A DNA stretch of 61,659 nucleotides, the filler included. It is 9 parts of 9 records of this genome, joined end to end, with 100 filler letters (N's around TTAATTAATTAA, not from the genome) between each part and the next. Parts side by side here need not be neighbours in the genome. Positions count along the whole stretch, not along the records: positions 1 to 6,034 come from SRR31147125_12015; positions 6,135 to 14,779 come from SRR31147125_12026; 7 more parts are not named here. One strand, written 5' to 3'. The notes beneath the pieces are model-generated. The model searched no databases. It was not told the origin of the DNA and was given only the letters and a program-made list of their open reading frames with translations. The position numbers and the translations under genes are program-made. Below are positions 1 through 10,900 of this stretch, in pieces; positions within the stretch are counted from its first letter, which is position 1; every line of letters begins with the position of its first letter.

Positions 1-225
1 GCCATCGGTAAAAACAGTGCAGAAATTTTCTCCACTTGGTTCAGAAAATTGAGGTATACCGAAATCACCGGCAAACCGGAAAACAATTTTTACATAACCG
101 GTATCGTCAATCGCATGCTCAGCTGTAAATGTGTATTGAATAGTCTGATATGAACCGGCGATTACTGCTGTTTTTGTATCTATTGTGGCAATGCCAAATT
201 TTTCCTTCATCGTTTTCTTCACCAT
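1..225 (-). CDS. DUF3604-like protein, N-terminal part (runs off window start)
   Basis: Manual translation MVKKTMKEKFGIATIDTKTAVIAGSYQTIQYTFTAEHAIDDTGYVKIVFRFAGDFGIPQFSEPSGENF resembles DUF3604 N-termini (AGSY..T..IDD.G..K..FR...D.G.PQF); same strand as the operon; not in ORF track. Confidence 0.5.
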   Translation of the reverse strand, partial: MVKKTMKEKFGIATIDTKTAVIAGSYQTIQYTFTAEHAIDDTGYVKIVFRFAGDFGIPQFSEPSGENFCTVFTDG

Positions 226-297
226 TTTAATCTCTTATTAACGCCTGGGTTGTAAATGCTATCACCAGCCAGCTAGGCTTCATATCCATTAAATATT

Positions 298-1665
298 TCA
301 CACAACAGCTCCCTGAGAAACTAAATCATCACGCAATTGCGTTACATCAATATATCTCGGAGCGACTCCCTGTGATACAGCAAGAGCGGCGGCTGTCCCG
401 GCCGCCTGGCCTTGAACCATTACCGTACCCTGCAGCCTTACCGTACCGTTTGCTTTCTGGGTAGCCGATATTGCCCTGCCAGCAACAAGCAAACCCTCAA
501 CGCCCTTAGGAAGGAAACACCTATAAGGAATCCCATAATTCTCACCATCTTTGATAAAGATAAATTGTGTTTTTCCACCTTTGGGATCATGGATATCAGA
601 TGGATATGCACCCCTGACAACTGAATCTGAAAACTCGCGGTGATTAAACACATCATCTCCACTTAGCACATAATCACCAAGAATGGTCCGGCTCTCCCTG
701 ATGCCGAGTGAAGACGTGCGGGTGACATATGCGTTTTCAAAACCCGGAATATTACTGCGCAGCCCATCTACCAGTTTCTTAATATTTCTTCTCTCTGATA
801 TTTCCCCTGTGGTAAGGCTCTCGGCATTCGTAGCATCGATATTGACTGTTCTCGTGGCATTGAGACAAACCTCATTATCCCGGACTGAAACAGCCGTAAA
901 TGTTACGTCATCTCCATCATTCCCCCAAGGTTTAAAATGTCCGGCAATATGTATATGGGACTCAATATTAGAATCAATTTTTTCTTTTTTAACCAACCGG
1001 GAGTGCCACCACCCCCAACCTTCAACATTGTCCCCTTTTTCCAGGGCAGCAGCCAATTTCTCTGTATCAACCTGACTCATCACAAACAGTATTGATGAAT
1101 TCTGCACTCTCTCTTTCGGCAGCATTTCCACCCCGGCAAGAGCACAGAGATCAGCATCTCCAGTTGCGTCAATAAACACTGATGCCTCCAGTGTGGAAAT
1201 CCCTGATTTATTTACAATATCGATGCCCTTGATTCTGTTGTTTTCCATATGAACACCGCAAACTGTGGTATGCAGGAGCAGCTCTGCCCCGGACTCCAGA
1301 ACCATCTCCTGCGCTACATATTTTTCAATTTCACTGTCGAATGGGGTGAGTGAAAAACCATCCCCCTGCATATGCCCCTTATTTGACCATCTGGCACCAT
1401 GAACATGTCCTATAGCTCCATTTTCCTGAACCATTCTCTTGACAAATTCTTCAACCATGCCCTTGGCAACCTGGACTCCATTCCCATCAAATACACCTAA
1501 CAGAGGAATGCTCATCGCCAGGGTTCCTCCCAGATAGCTGTTCTGCTCAATTAATAGAGTTTTCATTCCTTTCCTGCCGGCAGCCGCAGCAGCAATAAAC
1601 CCCGCTGTACCACCTCCGGCAACAATTACATCATATGATTGATACTTCAAAAGACTCACCTCCAT
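298..1665 (-). CDS. FAD-dependent oxidoreductase (FAD_oxidored family)
   Basis: N-terminal DVIVAGGGTAG dinucleotide motif, FIDATGDAD, GIRESR, DIH, YGIPYRCFLP, GQAAGTAAAL. Confidence 0.9.
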   Translation of the reverse strand: MEVSLLKYQSYDVIVAGGGTAGFIAAAAAGRKGMKTLLIEQNSYLGGTLAMSIPLLGVFDGNGVQVAKGMVEEFVKRMVQENGAIGHVHGARWSNKGHMQGDGFSLTPFDSEIEKYVAQEMVLESGAELLLHTTVCGVHMENNRIKGIDIVNKSGISTLEASVFIDATGDADLCALAGVEMLPKERVQNSSILFVMSQVDTEKLAAALEKGDNVEGWGWWHSRLVKKEKIDSNIESHIHIAGHFKPWGNDGDDVTFTAVSVRDNEVCLNATRTVNIDATNAESLTTGEISERRNIKKLVDGLRSNIPGFENAYVTRTSSLGIRESRTILGDYVLSGDDVFNHREFSDSVVRGAYPSDIHDPKGGKTQFIFIKDGENYGIPYRCFLPKGVEGLLVAGRAISATQKANGTVRLQGTVMVQGQAAGTAAALAVSQGVAPRYIDVTQLRDDLVSQGAVV

Positions 1666-1677
1666 GCTGCAATTGGA

Positions 1678-2628
1678 TTAAAAATAGACATCATTATCCT
1701 GATCCCATGCATCAGACGATTCTATAGGAAGAGCTAATGTCATGTCAGTGATTTTTTCTATTGTGGAACTTTGTGGGACAAAACCAAAGGTTGCGGACAC
1801 TTGTTCTATCGACTTCAATACCGCGTTCAATCGTTTGCAGGATTCGCTTGCCGGGTCATCAAAGGGCTGGTCATTATGGGTAATAATCTGGAGAACCGGA
1901 ATTGCAGGATCATCCTGCTTAATCTGTTTAATGATATTTTGCAGTAAATCCAATGGTGCACTTCTTCTGCCGGATGGTCGCAAATCTTCATAACAGAAAT
2001 AACTATTGGAAGAGCTTGGTCGGCTGAAATCCACACTAAGCGGGATGTCGATAAAATCAAGATTTCCGTGTGCGCAACGGAAGGCGGCGTGTGCCCGGTG
2101 AGGGTAACGCGGTACTCCTGACCAAACACAATATCTCTCCGGCCAGATTCTGCCGGGAATAGAGAGCGATCCTCCCCGAAATCCCAAGTTTTTCAATACT
2201 GCCGCTGTGGCATCGTTGGCACTGAATGCTCCGGGACGAAAGTAGAGCGGCCTGATATTCATTGCAGCTTCCCACTCTTGCAGAGCAAGATGTACAATTT
2301 CTTTCTGCATGGCTGCCGAATAATAGCCGAATTCATATCGATATTCCGGGTAGTGAAATTTTGTTGAATGAACATGCAGCCCCAATGCTGCACCCTGCTT
2401 CATATATTCGGTAAAAAGAGTACTGTGCAGTCGGGCCGTTTCCGGGTGAATCATAAAACTGGGTGTAAAGCCATGTTTGGTGCACATATCCCAATAGGTT
2501 TTGGTATACAGTTCAGACAACTCGGCATTTTCCGGACCAGTCCATAACGGATTTAGTTTGATTGGTTCTACATCCATAGTAAAAAGAACATAGAGTGTTC
2601 GTGACATATGAATTTTACTCCTTTTCAT
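1678..2628 (-). CDS. polysaccharide deacetylase-like (NodB/CE4 fold) protein
   Basis: TMDVE, GLHVH and FRPG motifs. Confidence 0.6.
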   Translation of the reverse strand: MKRSKIHMSRTLYVLFTMDVEPIKLNPLWTGPENAELSELYTKTYWDMCTKHGFTPSFMIHPETARLHSTLFTEYMKQGAALGLHVHSTKFHYPEYRYEFGYYSAAMQKEIVHLALQEWEAAMNIRPLYFRPGAFSANDATAAVLKNLGFRGGSLSIPGRIWPERYCVWSGVPRYPHRAHAAFRCAHGNLDFIDIPLSVDFSRPSSSNSYFCYEDLRPSGRRSAPLDLLQNIIKQIKQDDPAIPVLQIITHNDQPFDDPASESCKRLNAVLKSIEQVSATFGFVPQSSTIEKITDMTLALPIESSDAWDQDNDVYF

Positions 2629-2693
2629 CGGCTGCTTGTCGCTTGAATGATCTGCAGCGATATAAGGTTATATGGTTTTATGAATCAGTTTCA

Positions 2694-4169
2694 CTATTTG
2701 CCATTGATAACTTGAGTCGTATGCATCATCCCCTGATAGAGAGCATTAAATCCTGCCTTTTTTGCTTGATAACCATTTTTTGGAACAGGAGTAAATCGTT
2801 TACTAATCTGAACACATGTATCAACAGCTGTTGTGTAGTCCCTAATATCTCCGCACCCAACGGCCCCCATCATTGCGGCTCCCAGACATGCAGCTTCATT
2901 ATCAGCCGGAATTTCCACAGTCAGTCCTGTTATATCCGCTTTCAGCTGGGACCACAGGTCAGATTTTGCTCCGCCTCCGGTCGAGATAATTCTTTTAAAA
3001 GACACATTACTCTGTTTCAAGGCCTGGATATTTTTGTCCAGAAGAAAAGAGACCCCTTCAATTACCGCGTTAGCAAAATCAATTCTGTCATGTTCCGCCC
3101 GAATCCCATAAAAGACTCCACAGGCGTCTTGATCAAATTCTGGTGCGTTTACTCCCATGATATAGGGTAAAAAGAGCATTTGATTAGGGTACTTTCTTAG
3201 CAGAATCTGTTTATCAATATCTTTAAAGGAGATATCCTGCATGAACTGTTTTCTAAACCATTCCAGACAGTAGCCTCCGCTTTCAGCAACTTGAAGAAAA
3301 ACATATGATCCGGGAAATGGTCCGAAATGCAGGGCTGCTGACTCATTGCCGTTTAAGGGCAGATCAGCCAAAGTCGAAATCCCGAGCACAGTTCCTGTTG
3401 ATTCACTGATTATTCCAGGCTCGATATTCCCTGTGCCTATCATCCCCGCAAAATGATCCAGTGTTCCGATATTCAATTCTGTATGAGAAAATTGCGTTCC
3501 GAGCTGCTGATTTGGCAACAGGGGGCCCAGGGTTGTTCCCGGCTCAACCAGCGGCGGCAGCTGCTTTTCATCAATTCCGCAGGCATGCAGCATATCGTCC
3601 CAATAGCACTCTTTGTGAATATCAAAATAGAAGGAAAATGTTGCAATTGATTTATCACAAACCAACCTGCCGCACAGGCAAAAGGCTATGTAGTCTTTTA
3701 ATAATACAAATTGGTCTGTTTCGGAAAAAATTTCGGGTTCAAATTTTGCTAGATGCAGGATTTTTGTAGCCGGCCAAGTCGGTATAATACTTTTCTGCCC
3801 GGTTATTGAATAACAGGTATCCTCATCAAACTTCTCAGCCAGTTGGATACATTCAGCCCCTGATCGTTCATCCATCCATGAAATAGCATTTCGCAGAGGT
3901 TTTCCGTTCTTATCGAGTAAGATCAGGGATTCTGCCTGACCGGTTAAAGTTATATTTTTAATAGGAAGATTATGTTGACCAAGCTGGGATATCAGGCTGA
4001 CAACATTCTGGAAATACTCCTCCGCGTCAAACTCAACCCTATTATCCTCCCTGATGTATTCAAAATTCTGGGAGCAGATTGCTATCCGTTTTACTGAATC
4101 ATCATAAAGTGCGGCTTTAATATTTGTTGATCCTAAATCTATTCCAATGTATGCCATACTACTTTTCAC
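2694..4169 (-). CDS. FGGY-family carbohydrate kinase
   Basis: IGIDLGSTNIK, ISWMDER, STGT, TGGGAKSDLWSQLKAD, ACLGAA. Confidence 0.92.
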   Translation of the reverse strand: MKSSMAYIGIDLGSTNIKAALYDDSVKRIAICSQNFEYIREDNRVEFDAEEYFQNVVSLISQLGQHNLPIKNITLTGQAESLILLDKNGKPLRNAISWMDERSGAECIQLAEKFDEDTCYSITGQKSIIPTWPATKILHLAKFEPEIFSETDQFVLLKDYIAFCLCGRLVCDKSIATFSFYFDIHKECYWDDMLHACGIDEKQLPPLVEPGTTLGPLLPNQQLGTQFSHTELNIGTLDHFAGMIGTGNIEPGIISESTGTVLGISTLADLPLNGNESAALHFGPFPGSYVFLQVAESGGYCLEWFRKQFMQDISFKDIDKQILLRKYPNQMLFLPYIMGVNAPEFDQDACGVFYGIRAEHDRIDFANAVIEGVSFLLDKNIQALKQSNVSFKRIISTGGGAKSDLWSQLKADITGLTVEIPADNEAACLGAAMMGAVGCGDIRDYTTAVDTCVQISKRFTPVPKNGYQAKKAGFNALYQGMMHTTQVINGK

Positions 4170-4225
4170 TCCTCATATTTCTCACGTCCTACCCAAATCA
4201 ACGGGGTAAAATCAACAGGATTACA

Positions 4226-4854
4226 TCAATATAATTTTGTGTAATGAAAATCCGTTGGAATATCCAATGCCTTGTATGCGTTTTGTTTATTTTTCTGAAC
4301 AGCTTCATCGAGGGTATCAAAAAGTCGTCCGCCCTGTGTATCAATGTCCACAACAAATGGTCCCAGTTTATCTAAAACCAGCTGCCACGGTGCCTCGATG
4401 GACCCCATTTCATCAAAAGGTAGACGTTCTTTATCTGTATGCTGTCTACCCAAAGATTTGGGCTGACCGAACGGGGTGACAGATGCACACAGCCAAGTTC
4501 CTGCATTGCTTGTGTTGTTTGAGTACCCATAGTCGTTTTCCCGATGATCACCTTCAAACCCCACTCTTTGATACTTTTTTCTCCCCATTTTTCAAACCGG
4601 ACACTGGATGTGGGCATAAACGAAACTAAATGATATCCGGTCTCTTTTTTCAGAATAATAGGTCCCACATGAATGAGTGTCTCATTTTCATACAACTCAT
4701 CGGGAAGAGCCAGACCCTCGTCGAAAACGGCCCGCTGCAGCTTGGAACGGCAGGTAAAGGCATTGCCCGAAATATATACGACATCGCCAATCCTCAATGC
4801 ATTGATATCTTTACGGTTTATGGGAGATTGCAGGTGATACTCTTTCATAATCAA
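4226..4854 (-). CDS. Fe-S hydro-lyase (fumarate hydratase / L-tartrate dehydratase type) beta subunit; 1-nt frameshift near 4420
   Basis: LRIGDVVYISG, HVGPI, PTSSVRF, IGK in ORF 4372-4854, continuing as EMGSIEAPWQLVLDKLGPFVVDIDTQG in ORF 4226-4588. Confidence 0.8.
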
Positions 4855-5767
4855 CGTCCTTCAAACCAGTTCGGATCTTCTCTATATGTCATACTGCCGT
4901 CAGCCAACACCAGATATGTTCCCCTTCGAGCAACAAAGCAATTACAACTGATAGCCACTGCAATGCCGGCAATATGCGTATACGCGTATTCAACATTCAC
5001 ACCGAGCACCGATGTTTCACCACCTGCTCCCATTGTCCCGATTCCCAGTGAGTTTATTGCTGAAAATAATTCACTTTCGAGTTTTCTGAATTCAGCTTCT
5101 GGATGATGTGTACCAACCTTGCGCAATGTTGCCGCCTCTTTTGCCAGATCCGCAGCAATATTAGCTGTCCCTCCGATCCCCACTCCAAGAATTGACGGAG
5201 GGCAAATTGCACCGGCATAAGTGGCCGCAGTATACGCGTCGATAATAAATTTCTTAATACCAGCCGTTCCATCGGCGAAAGCCACCATCCGTGACTGTGT
5301 TCCCCCAAAAACCTCCGATCCACCACCTTTTGCGACATACGTAACCTGAACAGAGTCTCCCGGTACATACTTATACGTGAACCAGGGGATATTGGTACCG
5401 ATGTTGTCCCCTGGATCATATCCCGATAAGGGATGTTTCATTGTCCGTCGCAAGTACCCCTCTTCCGTGGCCGTTCTAATCGCATTACGGGCCGACTCTT
5501 CCAATGCCAAGATTCCTCCTTCAATAAACGCTTCGTTGCCTATTTTGAAGAAGAATAAGGGCCAACCGGTATCGGACAGGCCGGTACATGATTTTTCCGG
5601 GATAGTTCAAGGCTGTGTATTGTATGTTCTAAACCTGTTTTCGTTGAAGGGCTGCTTTCCTTATGTAATGCATCCTGTAAAGCATTATAGACATCTTCGC
5701 TTATATACGTTGATCCTTTAATGATAGCCTTATAAATTGCTTCCCGTAAAACCGTCTGCTCCAGCAT
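4851..5767 (-). CDS. Fe-S hydro-lyase (fumarate hydratase / L-tartrate dehydratase type) alpha subunit; 1-nt frameshift near 5575
   Basis: Adding one G restores CPDTGWP and joins ORFs 5540-5767 and 4851-5510; KGGGSE, ICPP, GVGIGGT, THIAG, NCFVARR. Confidence 0.85.
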
Positions 5768-5776
5768 ACATATTCC

Positions 5777-6034
5777 TTATGGTATCATCAGATTTGCCAG
5801 CTTCACATGCTGCTGACAGCCGTAAATATCGGTATCTTTCATATCTCCGCTTACAGTATTCCTGGGTATGGTAATCTTAAATGAGTTAACCACCTTATAG
5901 GGAATAATCGAGACATCCTGCTGGTTGGTTCCATACAACTCAGAAATTACTGTCTCCGTTACAGCTCCGGAGTTCAGTACTTTTTCCAGCATTTCATACG
6001 TATCGAACATGACATCAAATGTTACATATAAGGG
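5777..6034 (-). CDS. DUF4387-family protein, 5' truncated by linker
   Basis: PYYVTFD-like start, FKITIPR, SGDMKDTDIYGCQQH C-terminus. Confidence 0.75.
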   Translation of the reverse strand, partial: PLYVTFDVMFDTYEMLEKVLNSGAVTETVISELYGTNQQDVSIIPYKVVNSFKITIPRNTVSGDMKDTDIYGCQQHVKLANLMIP

Positions 6035-6134
6035 NNNNNNNNNNNNNNNNNNNNNNNNNNNNNNNNNNNNNNNNNNNNTTAATTAATTAANNNNNNNNNN
6101 NNNNNNNNNNNNNNNNNNNNNNNNNNNNNNNNNN
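6035..6134. other. artificial contig linker
   Basis: 44 N + TTAATTAATTAA (stops in all six frames) + 44 N. Confidence 0.99.
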
Positions 6135-6264
6135 TGGGGCGAATAAAAAAGAGTATTCCTATTAATACTCCGTTGCTCTGTGGCGGGGTAGTTCATTGTT
6201 GAATAATTTTTTTTGTAACAAAAGATTCCGATTGCAAACCGGCACCAGCAGCGGTAAAATCTTC

Positions 6265-7317
6265 CTAATCAACAAACCTGCTAAGAAAATTTTTAGGAAC
6301 CGATAAAAAGAAACTAATGCTGGCATAAGGTGCTCCCGAAACACTCGATTCAATAAGGTAGTCGGTGTCTGGTTTTGGAAGTGCACTGTCGGTAGCAAAA
6401 TTCGATTCGGTTACATTGAAATTTATGTTTTTCGAGTAACCAAACTTGGCTTCCAGCCCCACCCATTTATTCAATTTTGTAACAATTCCAACGGTTGCAT
6501 CAACTGTCGACTGTCGCAGCTGAATACTTCCTGCTTCGCTTAAAACTGTATCGTCAACACGCACAGTGTAACTGGTTCCCGAAATCTCGGCATCGGCAGT
6601 TAAGTATAAATTAGAATTAAATTGTTTCCAAATTTTAAATCCCTGTGGTAGAAGCAGGTCGAGCCCAACTCCATTCGGATAACGTTTACTGTAGTTAAAT
6701 ACTGGGTAAACACTCGGACTACCGAAAGTATAACCAAAATAGGCTCCAAATGCGTAATATGTTGTGGCGTCTTTTTTTATGGCGTAACCAACTGCCAGCG
6801 ACGATTTTAAAAGATCATCTGTATTAAAATAGTTATCGCTGTTTAATAACTGAAAATCTCCGGCCAGGTTCCAGCTGGTTTGCATAATTATAGAGCGGTT
6901 GTCGTGTAAATGAAACATTCCTTTTATGTCGAATCCAAGCTTGCGTAAATTACGGTCGTGCAGCCCAATATACATTGGGTGATCGTCTGGTTCAAGGTTT
7001 TCAAAATAAAACTGTTCGTTTACATAACGAAACCCTCCGGTAAGTTTTACGCGTTGTTTATTCAGTATCGGAAATTTTAAGCGGGCAGTAACAGTGCGGT
7101 TTCCGGTTATTTCTGCCGAGCCATTACCAATTTCCGGCAGATCGGATTCTGATGAAATATTATAGTTAAACGGCCCCTCCATTTTTAGGTATAAAAACTT
7201 TGTGGGTAAACTGTTTTCGAAATAGGGTGTCCAGTCTTTGCTCAACAGAGTATCTCTGTCTTGCGCAAAACCTAGCATAGAAAAGAACTGTATAATTATT
7301 AAAATTTTTAATCTCAC
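6265..7317 (-). CDS. outer-membrane beta-barrel protein (DUF6268-like)
   Basis: Signal peptide, amphipathic strands, FG.PSVYPVFNY and LDLLLPQ motifs typical of this Bacteroidota family. Confidence 0.6.
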   Translation of the reverse strand: MRLKILIIIQFFSMLGFAQDRDTLLSKDWTPYFENSLPTKFLYLKMEGPFNYNISSESDLPEIGNGSAEITGNRTVTARLKFPILNKQRVKLTGGFRYVNEQFYFENLEPDDHPMYIGLHDRNLRKLGFDIKGMFHLHDNRSIIMQTSWNLAGDFQLLNSDNYFNTDDLLKSSLAVGYAIKKDATTYYAFGAYFGYTFGSPSVYPVFNYSKRYPNGVGLDLLLPQGFKIWKQFNSNLYLTADAEISGTSYTVRVDDTVLSEAGSIQLRQSTVDATVGIVTKLNKWVGLEAKFGYSKNINFNVTESNFATDSALPKPDTDYLIESSVSGAPYASISFFLSVPKNFLSRFVD

Positions 7318-7322
7318 AAGCC

Positions 7323-7969
7323 TTATAACGTTTGTTTTGGGTGAATATTATTTCGGAGTACTGTTGCTCCCAGGTTTTTTTGCCTTCATCGTGGATAACG
7401 GACCAGCCTCTGCTTTTTAATTCAGTAGAAACGTATCGGTTTATAAAACCATGGGTAACCAGAATGATTTGCTTTTGACTACGCGCTTTGTTTTCAATAA
7501 AATTGCAAACTTGTTGAGCCCTTTCTTTTGCTTCTGAATGCGATTCTGAATGCGGTTTTTCCAATCCTAAAATCCATAAAGCCCGCGAAACCGATGTCCA
7601 GCCTTTATACGGAAGTACCAGTGGCAACCAAATCATTTGCATTTCGAATTCGTCGAGCATTTTCAATGAAACCAATGTTGCCGAGTCGCCAAAAAGTTTA
7701 ATTCCTGTACCAATCGAACGGGGGAGAGTACTTACATACACTGTATCGGTTATTCGGTTTGGTATTTTTGCAAGAACCGTATCGGGATTAAATTGATAAA
7801 CCGGTGCCGTGTTGTACGCCCGGTTTAGTTCGGCAGCTTTTTTAGCACCCATCCAGCCATGATGCTCCAATGCAACAGCTGCATGACGGATTAAAATTAT
7901 TTCCTGTGCAGAAACTCTGTTCAAAGCAACAACACAAGTTAGTATAATAAGTGCGGTTAATATCTTCAA
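7323..7969 (-). CDS. secreted histidine phosphatase (PGM/SixA fold); probable frameshift in the homopolymer at 7375-7381
   Basis: Signal peptide, ILIRHA and LVTHG motifs; adding one base gives ...GKKNLGATVLRNNIHPKQTL* ending at 7323 and removes the overlap with the next gene. Confidence 0.75.
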
Positions 7970-10900
7970 AATAAATAGCTAAAATTAAACTGTAACAACG
8001 TTTCTTCCTTGCTTTTGTTTAATGTGGTGGTAATTACTGCCATTTTAAACGGCGAAATCCATATTCCGGCACCATAGCCGTTGTGCCATTTGTCTGAATC
8101 TTCTTCGTCTAACCACACGCGGCCAATATCATCGAACAATAATAAGCCAATTTCACCGGTGAGAATGTAATTCTTAAAGTCGTAAAGTTTAAATCTTACT
8201 TCAGAATTTAGATATAAACTTTCATCACCGTAAAATCGTGTTTTCCGGAAGCCGCGCAAGTTAGTTTTTCCATCTAAAATAGCAGCATCGTGGAAATAAT
8301 AATCGCCAAATATTTTTTCTCCGCCGGCACGGAATGCAAAAACAGTACGTGGATATTTATTAAAACTCATCAAAGCTGTAGCAGATCCTGCAATTTTTGT
8401 AAAGTCGGGTTCGTCGCCTTCGAGATTTATGTAACGATTAGCACTTGCATTAATAGTAAAACCCCGGCTTGGCATAAAATTTTTATTCAGGTTCTGATAT
8501 TGATAATAAGCTCCTGCAATGGCATACTGTTTTTGGCCCAGGTTTTCGCTGCTTAAGTCGTTGTTTTCGAAATTGGAAATAAACTTATCTTCTAAATCCT
8601 GGGTGTCGTTCATTTTCCACTTTATATTAACTCCCACTTTGTGCTCGTTTACCGGGTGGTCTTCATTTATTTCATCTTCGTTGTAACGCGCCCAAACCGA
8701 TTTGCCAAAACGTTTCTGAACAGCAACACTTGCCAATATCCGGCGTTGTTTCGTTTTAAAATATTTATAATCGTAATCCTGGTATTCGTTTGTTGTTTCG
8801 TTTCCTAAACCGTAAAAGTTTGTAGTGTAATTGGGGCCGCTCACATCTAAACTAACAGTGTAATCAAGTCCGTTGTTTGTCGACAACGATTCGTACATGG
8901 TATTAATATTAAATGCCGAATTTCTGAACGCGTAATCGCCAATTACCGAGGCTCGTACATCGCGTCTGAAACGCTGAAAATACCACGAGCGCCCGTAGCC
9001 AATAAATACTCCGTCGTCGGCATTAAATCCGCCACGTGCCAGTGGCATACCAATGTCGGGCATAAAATATTTTCGGTCGAATTCGTGAATAATTTTATTC
9101 TCAGAAAGCAATGCCTGGGTTTCGTTTCCACCTCCAATTACGGTGCTTTTATACAAGTCGTACACCTTGTTCATTTTACGCAGGCCTTTAACCTTCGAGT
9201 TGTCGGTAATAACATCTTTGTCTTGTCCGCCAATAATCCGAATAACAGGGCCTTTGTTCACCTCTCCCGAAATTTCAAAACGGTCTTTTTCATCGAGTCC
9301 ATAGCAAATAATTTCGCGGGTTTCGTCAGTTTTAATTATGCGGTGGTAAATTTGTTTCCCTTTGCTGCCGTCTTTTTTAATGTGAAAAACATTAACCTCA
9401 GTTTCGTCGTTACTTTTCCTTACAATTTCAAAAATGTCTTTACGATTTGTTCCTGTAATATTTACTCTTTTAGCCAGGTAGAGGTAAAGTTCGCGGGCCA
9501 TCTCGGTCATGTGGTTTCTTCTTTCGAGCAGAATTTTCGCAGTTGAGTCGGCCACCATTGGCTGCACCTCTTTCGGGAAAGTAGCCATGGCTTCATTAAT
9601 TACTTCGGGTGTCATTCTGCTCATCAAATCGCGGGTTGTAGTTGCCCAGTCGTTCCATTCCATTTGGTTAAGAAAAGTGCGGTCGAAATAACGTGCATTA
9701 AATCCAAGGCCAATGGTGTATTTTGTGCGTGGCTGGAAATTTTGAATTTTGGGCATCAGAAATGGCATGGATGCGATTCGTGGTAAAATTCCCTGGTTTA
9801 CAAAAAATGTTTGGTCGCGGTCGCGCGGAATGGGACGATAAACGGTAAGGCCATCTTCTTTAAACGATGCCCAGCGCCATTGGTCGTCGTGGCGATCCCA
9901 GTCGTTAATGTAAACGTCAAGTAGTCGGGCACGTAAAACAGCCTGCTGATCTATTTGGTGGTCTTCGCTGTCCATAATTTTATCCAAAACATCGGGTGTG
10001 CCAACAATTTTTTTCGAATTCCCAAAACTATCAACATCTTTCATGTTTCCGGTAGGTCGTTCTTCGTATAAAAACAATCCACTTTGCATGTCTTATGGTA
10101 TTGTTCAAAAAGAGGATCTTGCGGAACATAAACCACTTCGGGATTGGTATGAAAAACTCCTGCATGTTCGGCCAAAACAGCTGCAGGTAGCGCCCCGTAC
10201 GGATTCGATGCCGAAATTTGGTCTTGCACAATATCTTTGGCAAAGGTAAATTCCATTTCTTCGGGCATGGCTCCTTCTGTAAATTTTTCGAGCGAGCGCA
10301 GAACATATTGTTTTCCGTCGGCGGTTTCCATTCGTATCGACTTGGTTTGCTGGCCACCACCACGTTTCATAATGCTTAGTCCACCACGTTCTTTGGTAAT
10401 GTCGAAAACACGGGCTTCAATTGGTGTAGCCCAAAGCTTACGGTAATTTTTACCCATCCATTTTTCTTCGCTTTTGGTGGCCAAATATTGTTTACTGGCA
10501 AAAGTGCTATGTGTTTTTTCGCCGAAAAGAGAAGAACGCTCTTCGGTTATTTCCTCGTCGGTGGCTACTGTTTTTGTAAACAGTTTTTTCGAATAAACAG
10601 GATTTTCTGTGCCATTTTTAAGCGTGAAAAAGTTAAGCTCCACATCGCCGTTTTCGTACAAATCGAGTCGTGTTATGCCTGCCTCGCTACTTCCGAATTC
10701 CGATTTTTGGGTATTTACAAACGATTGTTTTTGTAACGAGCCACTTATTATCTGATGAATGTTATCCGTTTTTATGTATTGTAAACTGTTTTCGAGTGCC
10801 GAAGCATAAATAACATTAGGAAATTGGTTTAGCACCGTATGTAATTGTTCGCGAAGGTTTTTATAGTCGGGGTGTGCAAGGTCGTTTCTGCTACCCAGAA

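Noticed and set aside
6079-6090. Recurrent TTAATTAATTAA motif (8 copies) as a biological repeat
   Set aside because: Always centred in 44+44 Ns; an artificial six-frame-stop spacer.
7166-7322. C-terminal extension of the histidine phosphatase ORF overlapping the barrel gene
   Set aside because: Best explained as read-through caused by an indel at 7375-7381.
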